Below are positions 9,133 through 18,255 of a stretch of DNA of 42,231 nucleotides, in pieces. The notes beneath the pieces were generated by a model. It had not been told where the DNA came from and did no database searches. It was given only the letters and a program-made list of their open reading frames with translations. Source of the stretch: Candidatus Lindowbacteria bacterium RIFCSPLOWO2_12_FULL_62_27 (GTDB lineage: Bacteria; Lindowbacteria; 2-12-FULL-62-27); the NCBI GenBank assembly GCA_001784175.1, contig MFPR01000035.1:1-42231 (forward strand), in the 5' to 3' direction. Position 1 is the first letter of the stretch; the number at the start of each line of letters is the position of its first letter. Position numbers and translations under genes: made by a program.

Positions 9133-10143
9133 TCAAAAAAACCTAGTCTGCCGCTTCCGCGGATTCCACGGGTCGAATTCCAGCGGCGCCGTCGAGATGG
9201 GGTTCAGGCCCATGTCCAAAAAAGTCTGGTCGGTGATCTCCTCACCGGCCCGGAACTTCCGCATGATCTTCGCCATTTTCTCGTTGTAATCATGCGGGAA
9301 CTTGTGGCGGATAGTTGCGAGGGGGCTGCAGACGCCGGGATCCGGCTCGTATTTCTGCGGAACGTCAATGATACAGCACGCGTCGGCACCGGATGAGATT
9401 ATCCCGAGGCAGACGATTCTCGTCCGTCCGATCCGCCCCTCAAATCGCCGATGATTGTGCCCGCAAAAATGGTAGGTAGGCCGGACGGCATCCACTATCT
9501 CGCGAATGGGATCCTTGCCGTACGAAAGTATCTGCGGGGCACCTACCCGCCACAGGGATGCCAGGCGCTTGGCTTCTTCCTCGGAGACCAGTCCTGCTGG
9601 CCATTCATGGCTAAGAAAAATATCAACCTGTCGGTTCCGGCACGCCTTGATCAGGCTCTGCACTTCATCGCGCCGAAAATGAGAATTCTCCCTTGATGCC
9701 CGCCAGCCAGTCGCGTCTCCGCGCCGCCGGCGGCGAGCGCTCGGCTCATCATAATCAGCTTCGGAAAAATTTCCCGAGAGACCGGCCACCGTAATGCCGT
9801 TATAAAGGGTGATGACACCCCACCGGCCGAGAAACTGTAAATTCGGGATGAGATACGGATACAATTTTCTCCCTGGATCATGATCCTCGAGTTGTCCGAA
9901 CACATCATGATTGCCTCCGACGAAAATCGTTGGCGTGGGAATTTCCTTCTCTCCGCTCCAGTAAGCCGGAAAACTTTTCACGCGGCGATATTTCGCCGGC
10001 GCCTGGAGTTGCAGCAAATCCTCCTCATCACGGACGGGTTCCAGATCGCCAACCTGCAGACAAAGGTCGGGCTGGTGGGCTTCCATCAGCTGAACCATCG
10101 CGTCGAAATCTCCGTGCACGTCGCCGATCGCCAGGATTTTCAT
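9133..10143 (-). CDS. Metallophosphoesterase resembling RNA lariat debranching enzyme Dbr1
   Basis: GDVHG, VGDLEPVRDEEDL..APAKYR..F..YWSGEKEIPTPTIFVGGNHD, PNLQFLG, AGLSGNF, VDIFLSHEWP, RPTYHFCGHNH. The ATG at 10143 overlaps the upstream stop (ATGA). Confidence 0.85.
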   Translation of the reverse strand: MKILAIGDVHGDFDAMVQLMEAHQPDLCLQVGDLEPVRDEEDLLQLQAPAKYRRVKSFPAYWSGEKEIPTPTIFVGGNHDVFGQLEDHDPGRKLYPYLIPNLQFLGRWGVITLYNGITVAGLSGNFSEADYDEPSARRRRRGDATGWRASRENSHFRRDEVQSLIKACRNRQVDIFLSHEWPAGLVSEEEAKRLASLWRVGAPQILSYGKDPIREIVDAVRPTYHFCGHNHRRFEGRIGRTRIVCLGIISSGADACCIIDVPQKYEPDPGVCSPLATIRHKFPHDYNEKMAKIMRKFRAGEEITDQTFLDMGLNPISTAPLEFDPWNPRKRQTRFF

Positions 10144-10604
10144 TGTCCTGCCTTCCCTCCACCAGCTGCTGTCCCCAAGCCATCCACGATCATTTTCGCG
10201 ATCAATCTCGACGTCCGGCGGCACTCTTGCGCAGCGGGATCGATGTCGCAGATGTCAACCGGTGTAACCGAGGAGCCGAGTAAGAGTCGATGCAGGACGT
10301 CGTTGCAAACGCGGCACTGATCTGCCAGCTTCTCCATCGACTTGGACAAGCCCTGCTCCGCCGTCAGGGCATCGATTTTTTTCAGGATTGAGCCCAGCGC
10401 GCTCACGTTGGCATGCTTGTAGAGTGCAGTCCGGCCGTCATGAAGAGCAAAATGAATATTCCGGTAGGCATCCGCGTAGTAGGAATGGTCGGAGAGGTAC
10501 AGAGACTGGGCAGCGTGGTCGGCCAGTTCTTTTGCGTCAATCAACTCTTTCAGTATCCGAGCGATAATTCCGGCGTCGTCGTTGGACATGGGAGCCACCT
10601 CCAA
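10140..10604 (-). CDS. Hypothetical helical protein
   Basis: Protein-like composition; GGAGG before MSNDD; stop coupled to the Dbr1-like gene. Confidence 0.7.
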   Translation of the reverse strand: MEVAPMSNDDAGIIARILKELIDAKELADHAAQSLYLSDHSYYADAYRNIHFALHDGRTALYKHANVSALGSILKKIDALTAEQGLSKSMEKLADQCRVCNDVLHRLLLGSSVTPVDICDIDPAAQECRRTSRLIAKMIVDGLGTAAGGGKAGQ

Positions 10605-10701
10605 AATGATTACGGAAGTAGCATGGCCGTACGTGACCGGTGTTTGAAGATGTCACGGGTCTCACCCCTCTGCACGTATACGGTTGCAGGAGGTGGCACC
10701 G

Positions 10702-10938
10702 ATGAAACTTTTTCTCAGCGATATCGTACGTGCGCGTTCCTACGCACGACGGCGCTTGGCGGGCTCACGCAAGCGCCTCGGCTCCGACCATGAGAAATTT
10801 ATATGGGTACTTGCTTGGGCGGACCTGGCGCCGCGCGCGACGGGGGAGAGCCGGCGAATCGTGATCGAACAGATGAGAGCCGTGCTGCGGAGCGTCGTCG
10901 CCGCGGAGACCCGACAAGTCGACGGGAAAACCAAGTGA
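10702..10938 (+). CDS. Small hypothetical protein
   Basis: AGGAGGT RBS before ATG 10702; GTGA overlap with the next ORF. Confidence 0.6.
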   Translation: MKLFLSDIVRARSYARRRLAGSRKRLGSDHEKFIWVLAWADLAPRATGESRRIVIEQMRAVLRSVVAAETRQVDGKTK

Positions 10939-11099
10939 CGATTCTGGACAAGGCGTTCGCGGTTGTGAAGGTCACGGAAAACGACGTGACGGTGGAGAGC
11001 GACAAGCTCATTTCAAAACAGTGGGACCGGTCGTACATCACGCTGAACGTGGATTTTGCGATTCTGTATAAGGATGCGCGGGTGGTGGTGCAGATTTAG
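10935..11099 (+). CDS. Small hypothetical beta-rich protein
   Basis: GTG start overlapping the previous stop; MTILDKAFAVVKVTENDVTVESDKL... Confidence 0.5.
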   Translation: MTILDKAFAVVKVTENDVTVESDKLISKQWDRSYITLNVDFAILYKDARVVVQI

Positions 11100-11175
11100 G
11101 TCACCTCGTCTACTTCGCCCCTCGTCATATACACGATTGCGCCGCGCGCGGCGCCCAGCGCGGCAAGATAATCCT

Positions 11176-11445
11176 TCATCTTCGGACGTGGACGGTTTCG
11201 TCCTTTCGATCGAAGATGATGCCGGCGCCATTGTGCGACTCCGACATCGCGTTGATAGGGATGACGACCGGCCATTCGAGGCCCTTGGCGCTGTGAAAGG
11301 TGATGATCTGCACCGCGTCGGTTTCGGAGTCGATCCGGCCTTCCTCCTGCCTTTCCCCCTCTGCCCAGCGCTCCATCATGGCGCGCGCGAACGCCCGCAT
11401 CCCGCGGACGGCGTAAGGACGCGCCATCTCGAGGAAGATGTCCAC
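11176..11445 (-). pseudogene. Fragment of a UvrD/AddA-family helicase (motif V region)
   Basis: DAVQIITFHSAKGLEWPVVIP is SF1 helicase motif V; the rest of the helicase is absent. Confidence 0.8.
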
Positions 11446-11449
11446 ATTG

Positions 11450-11745
11450 ACATCCTGATGGACAAGTCCATTCCTTCGGGCGCCGGCGGTTCGATTAAAA
11501 TACCTCAGACATCCAAACGGATCGATTTTATCATCATCAGAAAGGACAGGAGCAGGAACGACACGGCGGTGATTGTCGAACTGAAACAGTGGACGGATGT
11601 TGAAGCGACGGATTGCCGGGGTGACAACGTTTATCGGAGGCGGACGGCGGGAGTGTGAGCATCCGTCCTATCAGACATGGACGTACGCCGCGCTTCCTCA
11701 GGACTACAACGAGACGGTTCAGCTCGAACAGATCGATATCGGCCA
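11450..11745 (+). pseudogene. Frameshifted fragment of the N-terminal nuclease of a DUF2075-like nuclease/helicase
   Basis: KIPQTSKRIDFII..VIVELKQW in one frame continues as TFIGGGRRECEHPSYQTWTYAAL..DYNETV in another frame. Confidence 0.7.
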
Positions 11746-11759
11746 GCACAACCGAAAAA

Positions 11760-11805
11760 CGCAGGCGATGTGTGTCTGTTCTGGAACAGACACGCATCGC
11801 CTACG
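11760..11805. terminator. Long palindrome; candidate intrinsic terminator (minus strand) or operator
   Basis: aggcgatgtgtgtctgttc-tg-gaacagacacgcatcgcct, 19-bp arms with one G-U-type mismatch; followed by a T-run on the minus strand. Confidence 0.55.
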
Positions 11806-11854
11806 AGAAACATTGCTTATCGCTCGATTTCGGTCTATATTCACGTCAAGGAAT

Positions 11855-11873
11855 GGCCAAGCTCGAAAAGCAA
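11855..11873. repeat. 19-bp inverted repeat, left of the GmrSD gene
   Basis: ggccaagctcgaaaagcaa versus the reverse complement of 14967-14985 (ggccaagctggaaaagcaa), 18/19. Confidence 0.75.
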
Positions 11874-12001
11874 TTTTGGGAAAGTATTTCATGCTTCCTT
11901 CGGCAGCGAAATATCACTCCACGACGCGGAGACATACTCGATTTGTATTCTGCGGCCTGTCCACCTGTAGAGGACAATAGAGGATGTAAGGGGGAGTTTC
12001 T

Positions 12002-14884
12002 ATGACATGGAACGGTGGGCGCGAAATCTCCGTGGCGGAAGTGCAGGAGCTGGCCTCGCAGTTGGGCATTCCGCACTTCCAGCGAGGGCTGGTCTGGGGA
12101 CCTGACTCCATCTCCGCACTTCTTGAGTCCCTGTTCTACCAAACCCCATGCGGGAGCTTTGTGTTCTGGAAGACCGCGGAGAAGACCGCAAACGGGACAC
12201 ATCTCCTCGGCAACGAGACGAAGGACATCTCTTACTTCGTCGTGGATGGGCAACAGAGAATTCGCAGCCTCTACAGCGTGGAACAGAACGAGGCGGTTTG
12301 GGAATCAGAAAGCGCCGATGATGCCAGCGAACCCGAGCAGTCCGACAGCCCAAAAGCGGCAAAGGTGTGGTGCATTAACCTGACCCGCGTCAAAGGATTC
12401 AGAGATATTCTGCGACCTCACGGCAAGGAGTACTCTATGTTCCTCTTTGCCGTGGACCCTACCAAGGCGGACAAACGATCACCAATTCGTACGAACATCC
12501 TACCACTCCATCAGATCGAGCACCACTCGAGCTGGGATGACCTCAAGTACTACCACGCGTGTATGTCGTGGAAGACCGATCGCTCGGTGGCCGATGCCGA
12601 ATTGGCCAAGCAATACCTAGCCTTGCGGGAGCGCGTCCTCGGCATGAAGCAGGAGAGTTTCTTCGTCTCGACCATCGAGACGAATCACGTCGCCGACGTG
12701 GTCGCTCTCTACAACCGCATCAACTCGGGTGGTAAGCGCGTTGAGACGGAAGAGCGGGCATTCGCTAAGCTTGTCGCGCTCCAGCCATCCACTTGGCCGA
12801 GTCTGGCGGAGACGTTCGCCGCTGTTCATCAACCGGACGAGTCGTCGAAGGCTGTCAGGACAGTCCACAGGGACGACGTCCTTAAACGGGGGCGGGAACG
12901 CAGCTTCGGTTTCAAATTGTTCATCCGCGTCTTCCTGCAAGTGTGCCATCACCACTTCGGGTACTCGCTCGGCAAGAGCACATTCTCCTTCGACATTGCC
13001 AAGAAGGAGAGCTTTCTCCATCGGCTTCGAGACCTGACTGATGCGCAAGCGAAGTCGCTCTGGGACGAGACGCAGGAGGTGCTGACACTTGTGAGCAACC
13101 TGCTCCGGTCCCCGCTTTGCTGCGACGACTTCCGGTTCCTACCCGACACCCAAAATCTGATGCTGGTCTTCCAGCTACTCATTTCTTACCCCAGGCTGCG
13201 CGAGACGAAGTTTCACCCGATCATGGCCACGTTGATCCTGAGGCTCTTTCTCGCACAGATCAACGGGAAGACACTCGCCCATGCCGTGGCAGACGCGGCC
13301 GACCCGGACAAGAACGCGTTCGATGTCATCCCTCCGCTCATTGAGGTTGCAGACAGGCAAATCGGCAAGGAACTAGCGCGTGGACTCGAAGGCGCTTCTT
13401 CGATTCAGGATCGCTACGTTCTGCTGCTCTACTGGCTGGTGCGTCGCAACGGCGCCCGCGACTTCTCGTACCTCAACGTCCCTGAGTCACGGTGCCCGAC
13501 ACACTCGGAAGTCCCCATTGACGCCAAGGCCAAACCCGAGAAGCAGCACATGGTACCCTTCTCTCGATTGGTCAAGGCGTTGAACGACAAGGACGCTCAG
13601 CGAGGCGGTACCCACCCATTCAACAATATTGGAAACTTGACCTACATTTCCAGGGAGATGAACAGCTTCGAGACGGGCCTTGGCGACATCATGGCACCGC
13701 TCTTGAAAGAGCCGATCGCGAATCGAAGGGCCCACCTGCTCTGGGAAGACGGCGCAGACTCGGTCAGCGCTGCGGCGTACCGGGAGTTGTTGTCCACGCT
13801 GGCCGACTCAGACACGCCGGCTAACGAGGGCAAGGTCTACCGAGCCTTCAACCGATTCTGTGAAGACCGCAGAGCACGGATTGGCGAAGCGTTCCGCAAC
13901 TGGCTGGACGACATGGACCGCTCTGCTTGTGAGACCTTGGGACTCAAGTCGCTCGCACAGTTGTCGGGATTGGCGAAGGCGAAAGACCGCGTCGAGCCTC
14001 AGCGACCCAAGTTCGTGGATACGATGAGGCTTCCGACGAGTCACATCATCCGCGGCCTTGATTTGGACAACGACGTGGAATCTGTCCTGATTCGATTGGG
14101 GAGCCGGGGCCGGAAGGGATTTCAGTTCAAATCGGGCGTACTCAGGATTCTACTCACCAAAGGAAGCGCGGTTTGCCTTCATGCTTCTACTGACCGCCTC
14201 GTGCTGACTATGGACAACCGCATGGCCCCGGAGCATCGCGCTTTCATCTCAAACTTTCTCGGGTGCGTCTCGCCGGATTCGCCTCTGGTTGGCGAAGGAC
14301 GCGTGCAGCTGGAAGCGATCGAAAAACTGCCCGCCCTGGCCGATGTGTTGGTGGAGATGGAGGAGAAGATCTGCGCCGGCATCGACGCCAGGAAGGGCGG
14401 AAAAATAAAGCGGTCGAGAGAATCGGGGAGCCAGAATCGGAAGTGGACTGAGGACGAGTTCCTTGCGTCGGTCGATGCAAAGGATGGCACGGGAAAGTCC
14501 ACCCGGAAGCTCGTGGAGGACCTATTGAAGTTCGGTCGCTCCTTTGAGACCGGATCGGACCCGTTCCGTTCGAGATCAAAAGAGGGAAGTGCCATCTTCG
14601 GGATTGGCGAGATCGGCCTGTTTACGCTCTACCCCGAGGATCTGTACATTCGAGTCCTCAGAAATATCAAAAAGCCCGGGGCTCCTTCCTCGGAGGCGGA
14701 ATGGGATGTGGTGATTCAGAACCTCAACTCCTGCGGACTCGGTACTTTCGGAAGACGCGATCTGGGCCACGCGCGCATCGTCGAAAAGAGATTAAAGGGA
14801 ATAACCGAAGATGACGTGGTCCGGTTCAAGTCGTTTGTCTCGTGGTTTGCAGATTCAGTGAAGAGCCGTACCGCCGGGTTGTAA
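12002..14884 (+). CDS. GmrSD-family (DUF262 plus DUF1524/HNH-like) modification-dependent restriction endonuclease with C-terminal extension
   Basis: IPHFQRGLVW, VVDGQQR, YNRINSGG (DUF262); EKQHMVPFS..NNIGNLTYISREMN (HNH-like); AGGGGGAG RBS. Confidence 0.88.
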   Translation: MTWNGGREISVAEVQELASQLGIPHFQRGLVWGPDSISALLESLFYQTPCGSFVFWKTAEKTANGTHLLGNETKDISYFVVDGQQRIRSLYSVEQNEAVWESESADDASEPEQSDSPKAAKVWCINLTRVKGFRDILRPHGKEYSMFLFAVDPTKADKRSPIRTNILPLHQIEHHSSWDDLKYYHACMSWKTDRSVADAELAKQYLALRERVLGMKQESFFVSTIETNHVADVVALYNRINSGGKRVETEERAFAKLVALQPSTWPSLAETFAAVHQPDESSKAVRTVHRDDVLKRGRERSFGFKLFIRVFLQVCHHHFGYSLGKSTFSFDIAKKESFLHRLRDLTDAQAKSLWDETQEVLTLVSNLLRSPLCCDDFRFLPDTQNLMLVFQLLISYPRLRETKFHPIMATLILRLFLAQINGKTLAHAVADAADPDKNAFDVIPPLIEVADRQIGKELARGLEGASSIQDRYVLLLYWLVRRNGARDFSYLNVPESRCPTHSEVPIDAKAKPEKQHMVPFSRLVKALNDKDAQRGGTHPFNNIGNLTYISREMNSFETGLGDIMAPLLKEPIANRRAHLLWEDGADSVSAAAYRELLSTLADSDTPANEGKVYRAFNRFCEDRRARIGEAFRNWLDDMDRSACETLGLKSLAQLSGLAKAKDRVEPQRPKFVDTMRLPTSHIIRGLDLDNDVESVLIRLGSRGRKGFQFKSGVLRILLTKGSAVCLHASTDRLVLTMDNRMAPEHRAFISNFLGCVSPDSPLVGEGRVQLEAIEKLPALADVLVEMEEKICAGIDARKGGKIKRSRESGSQNRKWTEDEFLASVDAKDGTGKSTRKLVEDLLKFGRSFETGSDPFRSRSKEGSAIFGIGEIGLFTLYPEDLYIRVLRNIKKPGAPSSEAEWDVVIQNLNSCGLGTFGRRDLGHARIVEKRLKGITEDDVVRFKSFVSWFADSVKSRTAGL

Positions 14885-14966
14885 ACGGAGGCGATAACTC
14901 AGTCCAGCTACGCGACAAGTAGCATACGACGTTGGGGAAGGCGATCTTGAAGCCAATGGTATGGAT

Positions 14967-14985
14967 TTGCTTTTCCAGCTTGGCC
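14967..14985. repeat. 19-bp inverted repeat, right of the GmrSD gene
   Basis: ttgcttttccagcttggcc, reverse complement of 11855-11873 with one mismatch. Confidence 0.75.
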
Positions 14986-15033
14986 GCTCCATAAAGGCCG
15001 AGAAAGTCAGTAGTCGGGCTCGCCACATCCGGA

Positions 15034-18000
15034 TTACATGCTGACGATCTCGCCGGTGGCCGTGTACAGCAAACCCGCGCGAATGGATCGGGGTGTGAAA
15101 ATCCTGGAGTCGTTCAGGATGCCGACGTATGCGCGGAGTTGTTCGACGTACATGGGCGAAGGCTTGGCTGATTTGCCCTGGGGAGGCGTATCTGTTTTGA
15201 AGTCGAGAACCCAGATTTCAGAAGGGCCGATGCACAACAAGTCGATGTAGCCGATGTCCAGATGGCCCGCGGCGCTTGGGGCGGATACCGGGAATTCCGC
15301 TATTTTGTCGCCGGGTATTTTTGAGAGCTCTGACCATGTGCGTTCGACATCGGCTACAGCCTCGGGGAGATGTTCGGTGAGACCGCATTCCTGAGCGCAT
15401 TGAAACACGATTTCCTGAACTGGACGGGAAGCACCCGACACCAGCATCTGGAGGGCGCGGTGGACGGCTATGCCGAACGTCGCCCCGTAACGCCCCGCGG
15501 ATTTGGCTTTCCGCAACTCTTCCGCCAAATCCATGTCGGTTTCGACCCTGCGGCGTGCGAGAGATGTGATAGCACGTGGAGCAGCCTCCGGCCTGAGCGC
15601 TGTCGCCAGACCGGCCGCCCACTTCTTTTCGCACATTTCGGTTGAAACCTCAGGCGACGGACGAAACTTCGGTTGCTCCTTCGCGGATTTTGCCCACTTT
15701 GGCAAGCGGCCGATGATGAATGGTTCGATGGTCTGAACAGTCTTGGCGTCTCCGGTCATGAGTGGTTGAGAGAGATACGATTTGCTTCCGCCGTACGAAG
15801 GTTGGAACAGGATGAACAGGTCCCGGGCGCGGGTGACGGCGACGTAGGCCAGGCGCGTCATCTCGGCATCTCCGAACGCCTTCTCGCGGTCACGCAGACC
15901 GGCATCTCTTGGCACCTCGCCCTTCACTTCGGCCAGCCGGATGACACCCTCGGCCCGGCCGCCCTCATTGCTCACCAACCACGATTTCGAATTCTGGCGA
16001 GCGCTGGATTGGAACGCATTGGCCAAAACGACGACTGGGTATTCAAGGCCTTTTGCCTGATAGACCGTCGTGAACCGCACGACATCGCCGGTGACCGGTT
16101 CCGGGGCGTCCTGTTGAGGCGGGTGATCGATCCACGCGCGTAATTTCAGCGTGACGGCATCGAAGTCCAGTCCACTCCGTGAATCCGCGTCCAGAATATT
16201 CAACAACTCCTGAATCTTCGACAATGTCTGCGAGCCGTTGGGACTGCCCCGCACGGCCGAAACGCAGCGTGTGAGTTCCAGAAGATCGCGGGCGGTGTCG
16301 ACTGCGGGCCGCGAAAGTCTGCGCATACGCAGGTCGGCAAGCAATTTTTCCGCCTGCTGAAAAGGCACAGTTTTGCCGAGGATGTCGTCCATAGAAAGAA
16401 TCCAGAACGGCGGACGGTAATATTGGGCGATGGCCGGGCCGTCATCGGGATCGGCAATCGATCGGAGGGCCAGAATAAATGCGCGGATGGCGGGGTCACT
16501 CCCGAACACCGAGCCTCCGCGGGCGGCATAGGGGATTCCGAAACGGTCGAACTCGGCGAATATCCCTCTCCAACACGGCGTTGTCAGACTCAGCACCGCG
16601 ATATCCCGCCAGCGCATGGGTCTTTCGGTTTCGGTCTCCGCATCGCGTATCATGAAATTCGAGGACTTGAGATGCAACAGATAGCGCGCAATCGCCTCAG
16701 CTTCGATCCCCCGACCAATCTCTGCCTTCAGTTTGACGTCGTCCCCGGCTGAAATGGGAATCAGATGAACGGCGGCTTTCTTGCCCGGAACAAATTCGGC
16801 CAGAGGCTCGTAAAAGACCGCGCCGTTTTCCGAATCGAAGATTCTCCCGTCTTTGACCAGTCCCATCATTTCTTGAAACCGCGCATTGGCATACTGGACC
16901 AGCGGCGCGGCGCTTCGGAAGTTTGTCGTGAGCGAACGGGTCAGCGCGCCATGCTTTTCAAGCCAGCCGCGAAATTTCTCATACGCCGAAATGTCCGCGC
17001 GGCGGAAACGGTAGATGGACTGTTTGGCGTCGCCGACGATGGTGATGGAGCCGTGGCGCGGCTTGCCGCCGGCTTTTTCGCTGACCAGGAGCCGGATGAT
17101 ATCGGCCTGAACCGGATCCGTGTCCTGGAACTCATCGACAAAGATGTGGCGGAACAATCCGGCGTAGAACGTCCGATGCGCCTCCTTACCCAGAACATCT
17201 CGAAGTTTGAGAAGCAGATCCAACTGGTCAACGACTTCATGCTCGCGTTTGATCTTCTCGTAAATGCCGCATATCGCCGGAACCAGCCGGACGAGTCTGC
17301 CGCACATCCACCGCGATACGGGATCGGCAATCGCGGGGGTGGTGGTATCGCGCAGACTCTTCGTCAGCTCCCAGCCTTCCTTTTCATCCGCAAAATCCCG
17401 TTTCTTCTGCAAGTCGGCGAAATTGAATCTCTGCAACTGTCGGACAGCTTTTAATACCGCCTGTTCACCCTTGGCGGTCGCGACACGATCCAAGTCCAAC
17501 GCCAGTCGCTTGAGTTTCCCAGTCCCCGAACTTTCTGATTTGAGAGCGCGGATTGACTGGGCGGCCTTCAGCGCCATCCGGGACACCTCGGTGAAATCCG
17601 GCCGGGCCGGCGGCCTGAAATTGGGCCTGACATCGCGGCTGCCGATCATTGCGGCGACGAGCGAATCAAGCCCGAGAGTCTGCGCGAATGTCCCTCCGGT
17701 CGTTTCAATCGCGTATCCGGCACCGACGTAATCATTGACGGTCTCTTCGAGTTCTCTGGCCAGCCCGGCATTGATGCCGGCTTCCGCGGCCAGGTTGTGT
17801 TCCTCGGCCGCCCGGCGAAGCCTGTCGAAAGTAATGGATACCAACTCGTCAGTATTTTCTTCGATGCCATACGCGGGACTCAATTCAGCCTCCGTCGGGC
17901 GCAGTTTCAACAGCCGGTCGGCGAAACTATGGATGGTCCCGATGAACGCATTGTCGAGTCCGGTCAACGCGGCCTGGAGCAAATCGCGCCGGACATTTTT

Positions 18001-18255
18001 CAGGCCACCGCTTTCCAGTGTGACCAGGATTTTCTCACGGATGCGATATCGAAGCTCGCCCGCCGCGCGGCGCGTGAACGTGATGGCCGCCAGTTGGCCG
18101 ATAGGCGCGGCGTCACGGCCGTCCGGCGGAGCCAGCAGATTCAGAAACCGGTCTACGACGATGGTGGTTTTGCCGGTACCCGCGCCCGCATCGATGACGA
18201 CGTTTTTACGCCGCTCAACGCGGATCTCCTCGCGCGCCCTGTCGTCAGCCAGCAC
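15034..18255 (-). CDS. addA: AddA-like UvrD/SF1 helicase with C-terminal RecB-type nuclease
   Basis: DAGAGTGKT, TFTRRAA, TIHSFA, VDEFQD, VGDAKQSIYRFRRAD, TNFRS, QAKGLEY, YVAVTRAR; nuclease GYIDLL..DFKT..QLRAY. Confidence 0.92.
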   Translation of the reverse strand: MLADDRAREEIRVERRKNVVIDAGAGTGKTTIVVDRFLNLLAPPDGRDAAPIGQLAAITFTRRAAGELRYRIREKILVTLESGGLKNVRRDLLQAALTGLDNAFIGTIHSFADRLLKLRPTEAELSPAYGIEENTDELVSITFDRLRRAAEEHNLAAEAGINAGLARELEETVNDYVGAGYAIETTGGTFAQTLGLDSLVAAMIGSRDVRPNFRPPARPDFTEVSRMALKAAQSIRALKSESSGTGKLKRLALDLDRVATAKGEQAVLKAVRQLQRFNFADLQKKRDFADEKEGWELTKSLRDTTTPAIADPVSRWMCGRLVRLVPAICGIYEKIKREHEVVDQLDLLLKLRDVLGKEAHRTFYAGLFRHIFVDEFQDTDPVQADIIRLLVSEKAGGKPRHGSITIVGDAKQSIYRFRRADISAYEKFRGWLEKHGALTRSLTTNFRSAAPLVQYANARFQEMMGLVKDGRIFDSENGAVFYEPLAEFVPGKKAAVHLIPISAGDDVKLKAEIGRGIEAEAIARYLLHLKSSNFMIRDAETETERPMRWRDIAVLSLTTPCWRGIFAEFDRFGIPYAARGGSVFGSDPAIRAFILALRSIADPDDGPAIAQYYRPPFWILSMDDILGKTVPFQQAEKLLADLRMRRLSRPAVDTARDLLELTRCVSAVRGSPNGSQTLSKIQELLNILDADSRSGLDFDAVTLKLRAWIDHPPQQDAPEPVTGDVVRFTTVYQAKGLEYPVVVLANAFQSSARQNSKSWLVSNEGGRAEGVIRLAEVKGEVPRDAGLRDREKAFGDAEMTRLAYVAVTRARDLFILFQPSYGGSKSYLSQPLMTGDAKTVQTIEPFIIGRLPKWAKSAKEQPKFRPSPEVSTEMCEKKWAAGLATALRPEAAPRAITSLARRRVETDMDLAEELRKAKSAGRYGATFGIAVHRALQMLVSGASRPVQEIVFQCAQECGLTEHLPEAVADVERTWSELSKIPGDKIAEFPVSAPSAAGHLDIGYIDLLCIGPSEIWVLDFKTDTPPQGKSAKPSPMYVEQLRAYVGILNDSRIFTPRSIRAGLLYTATGEIVSM

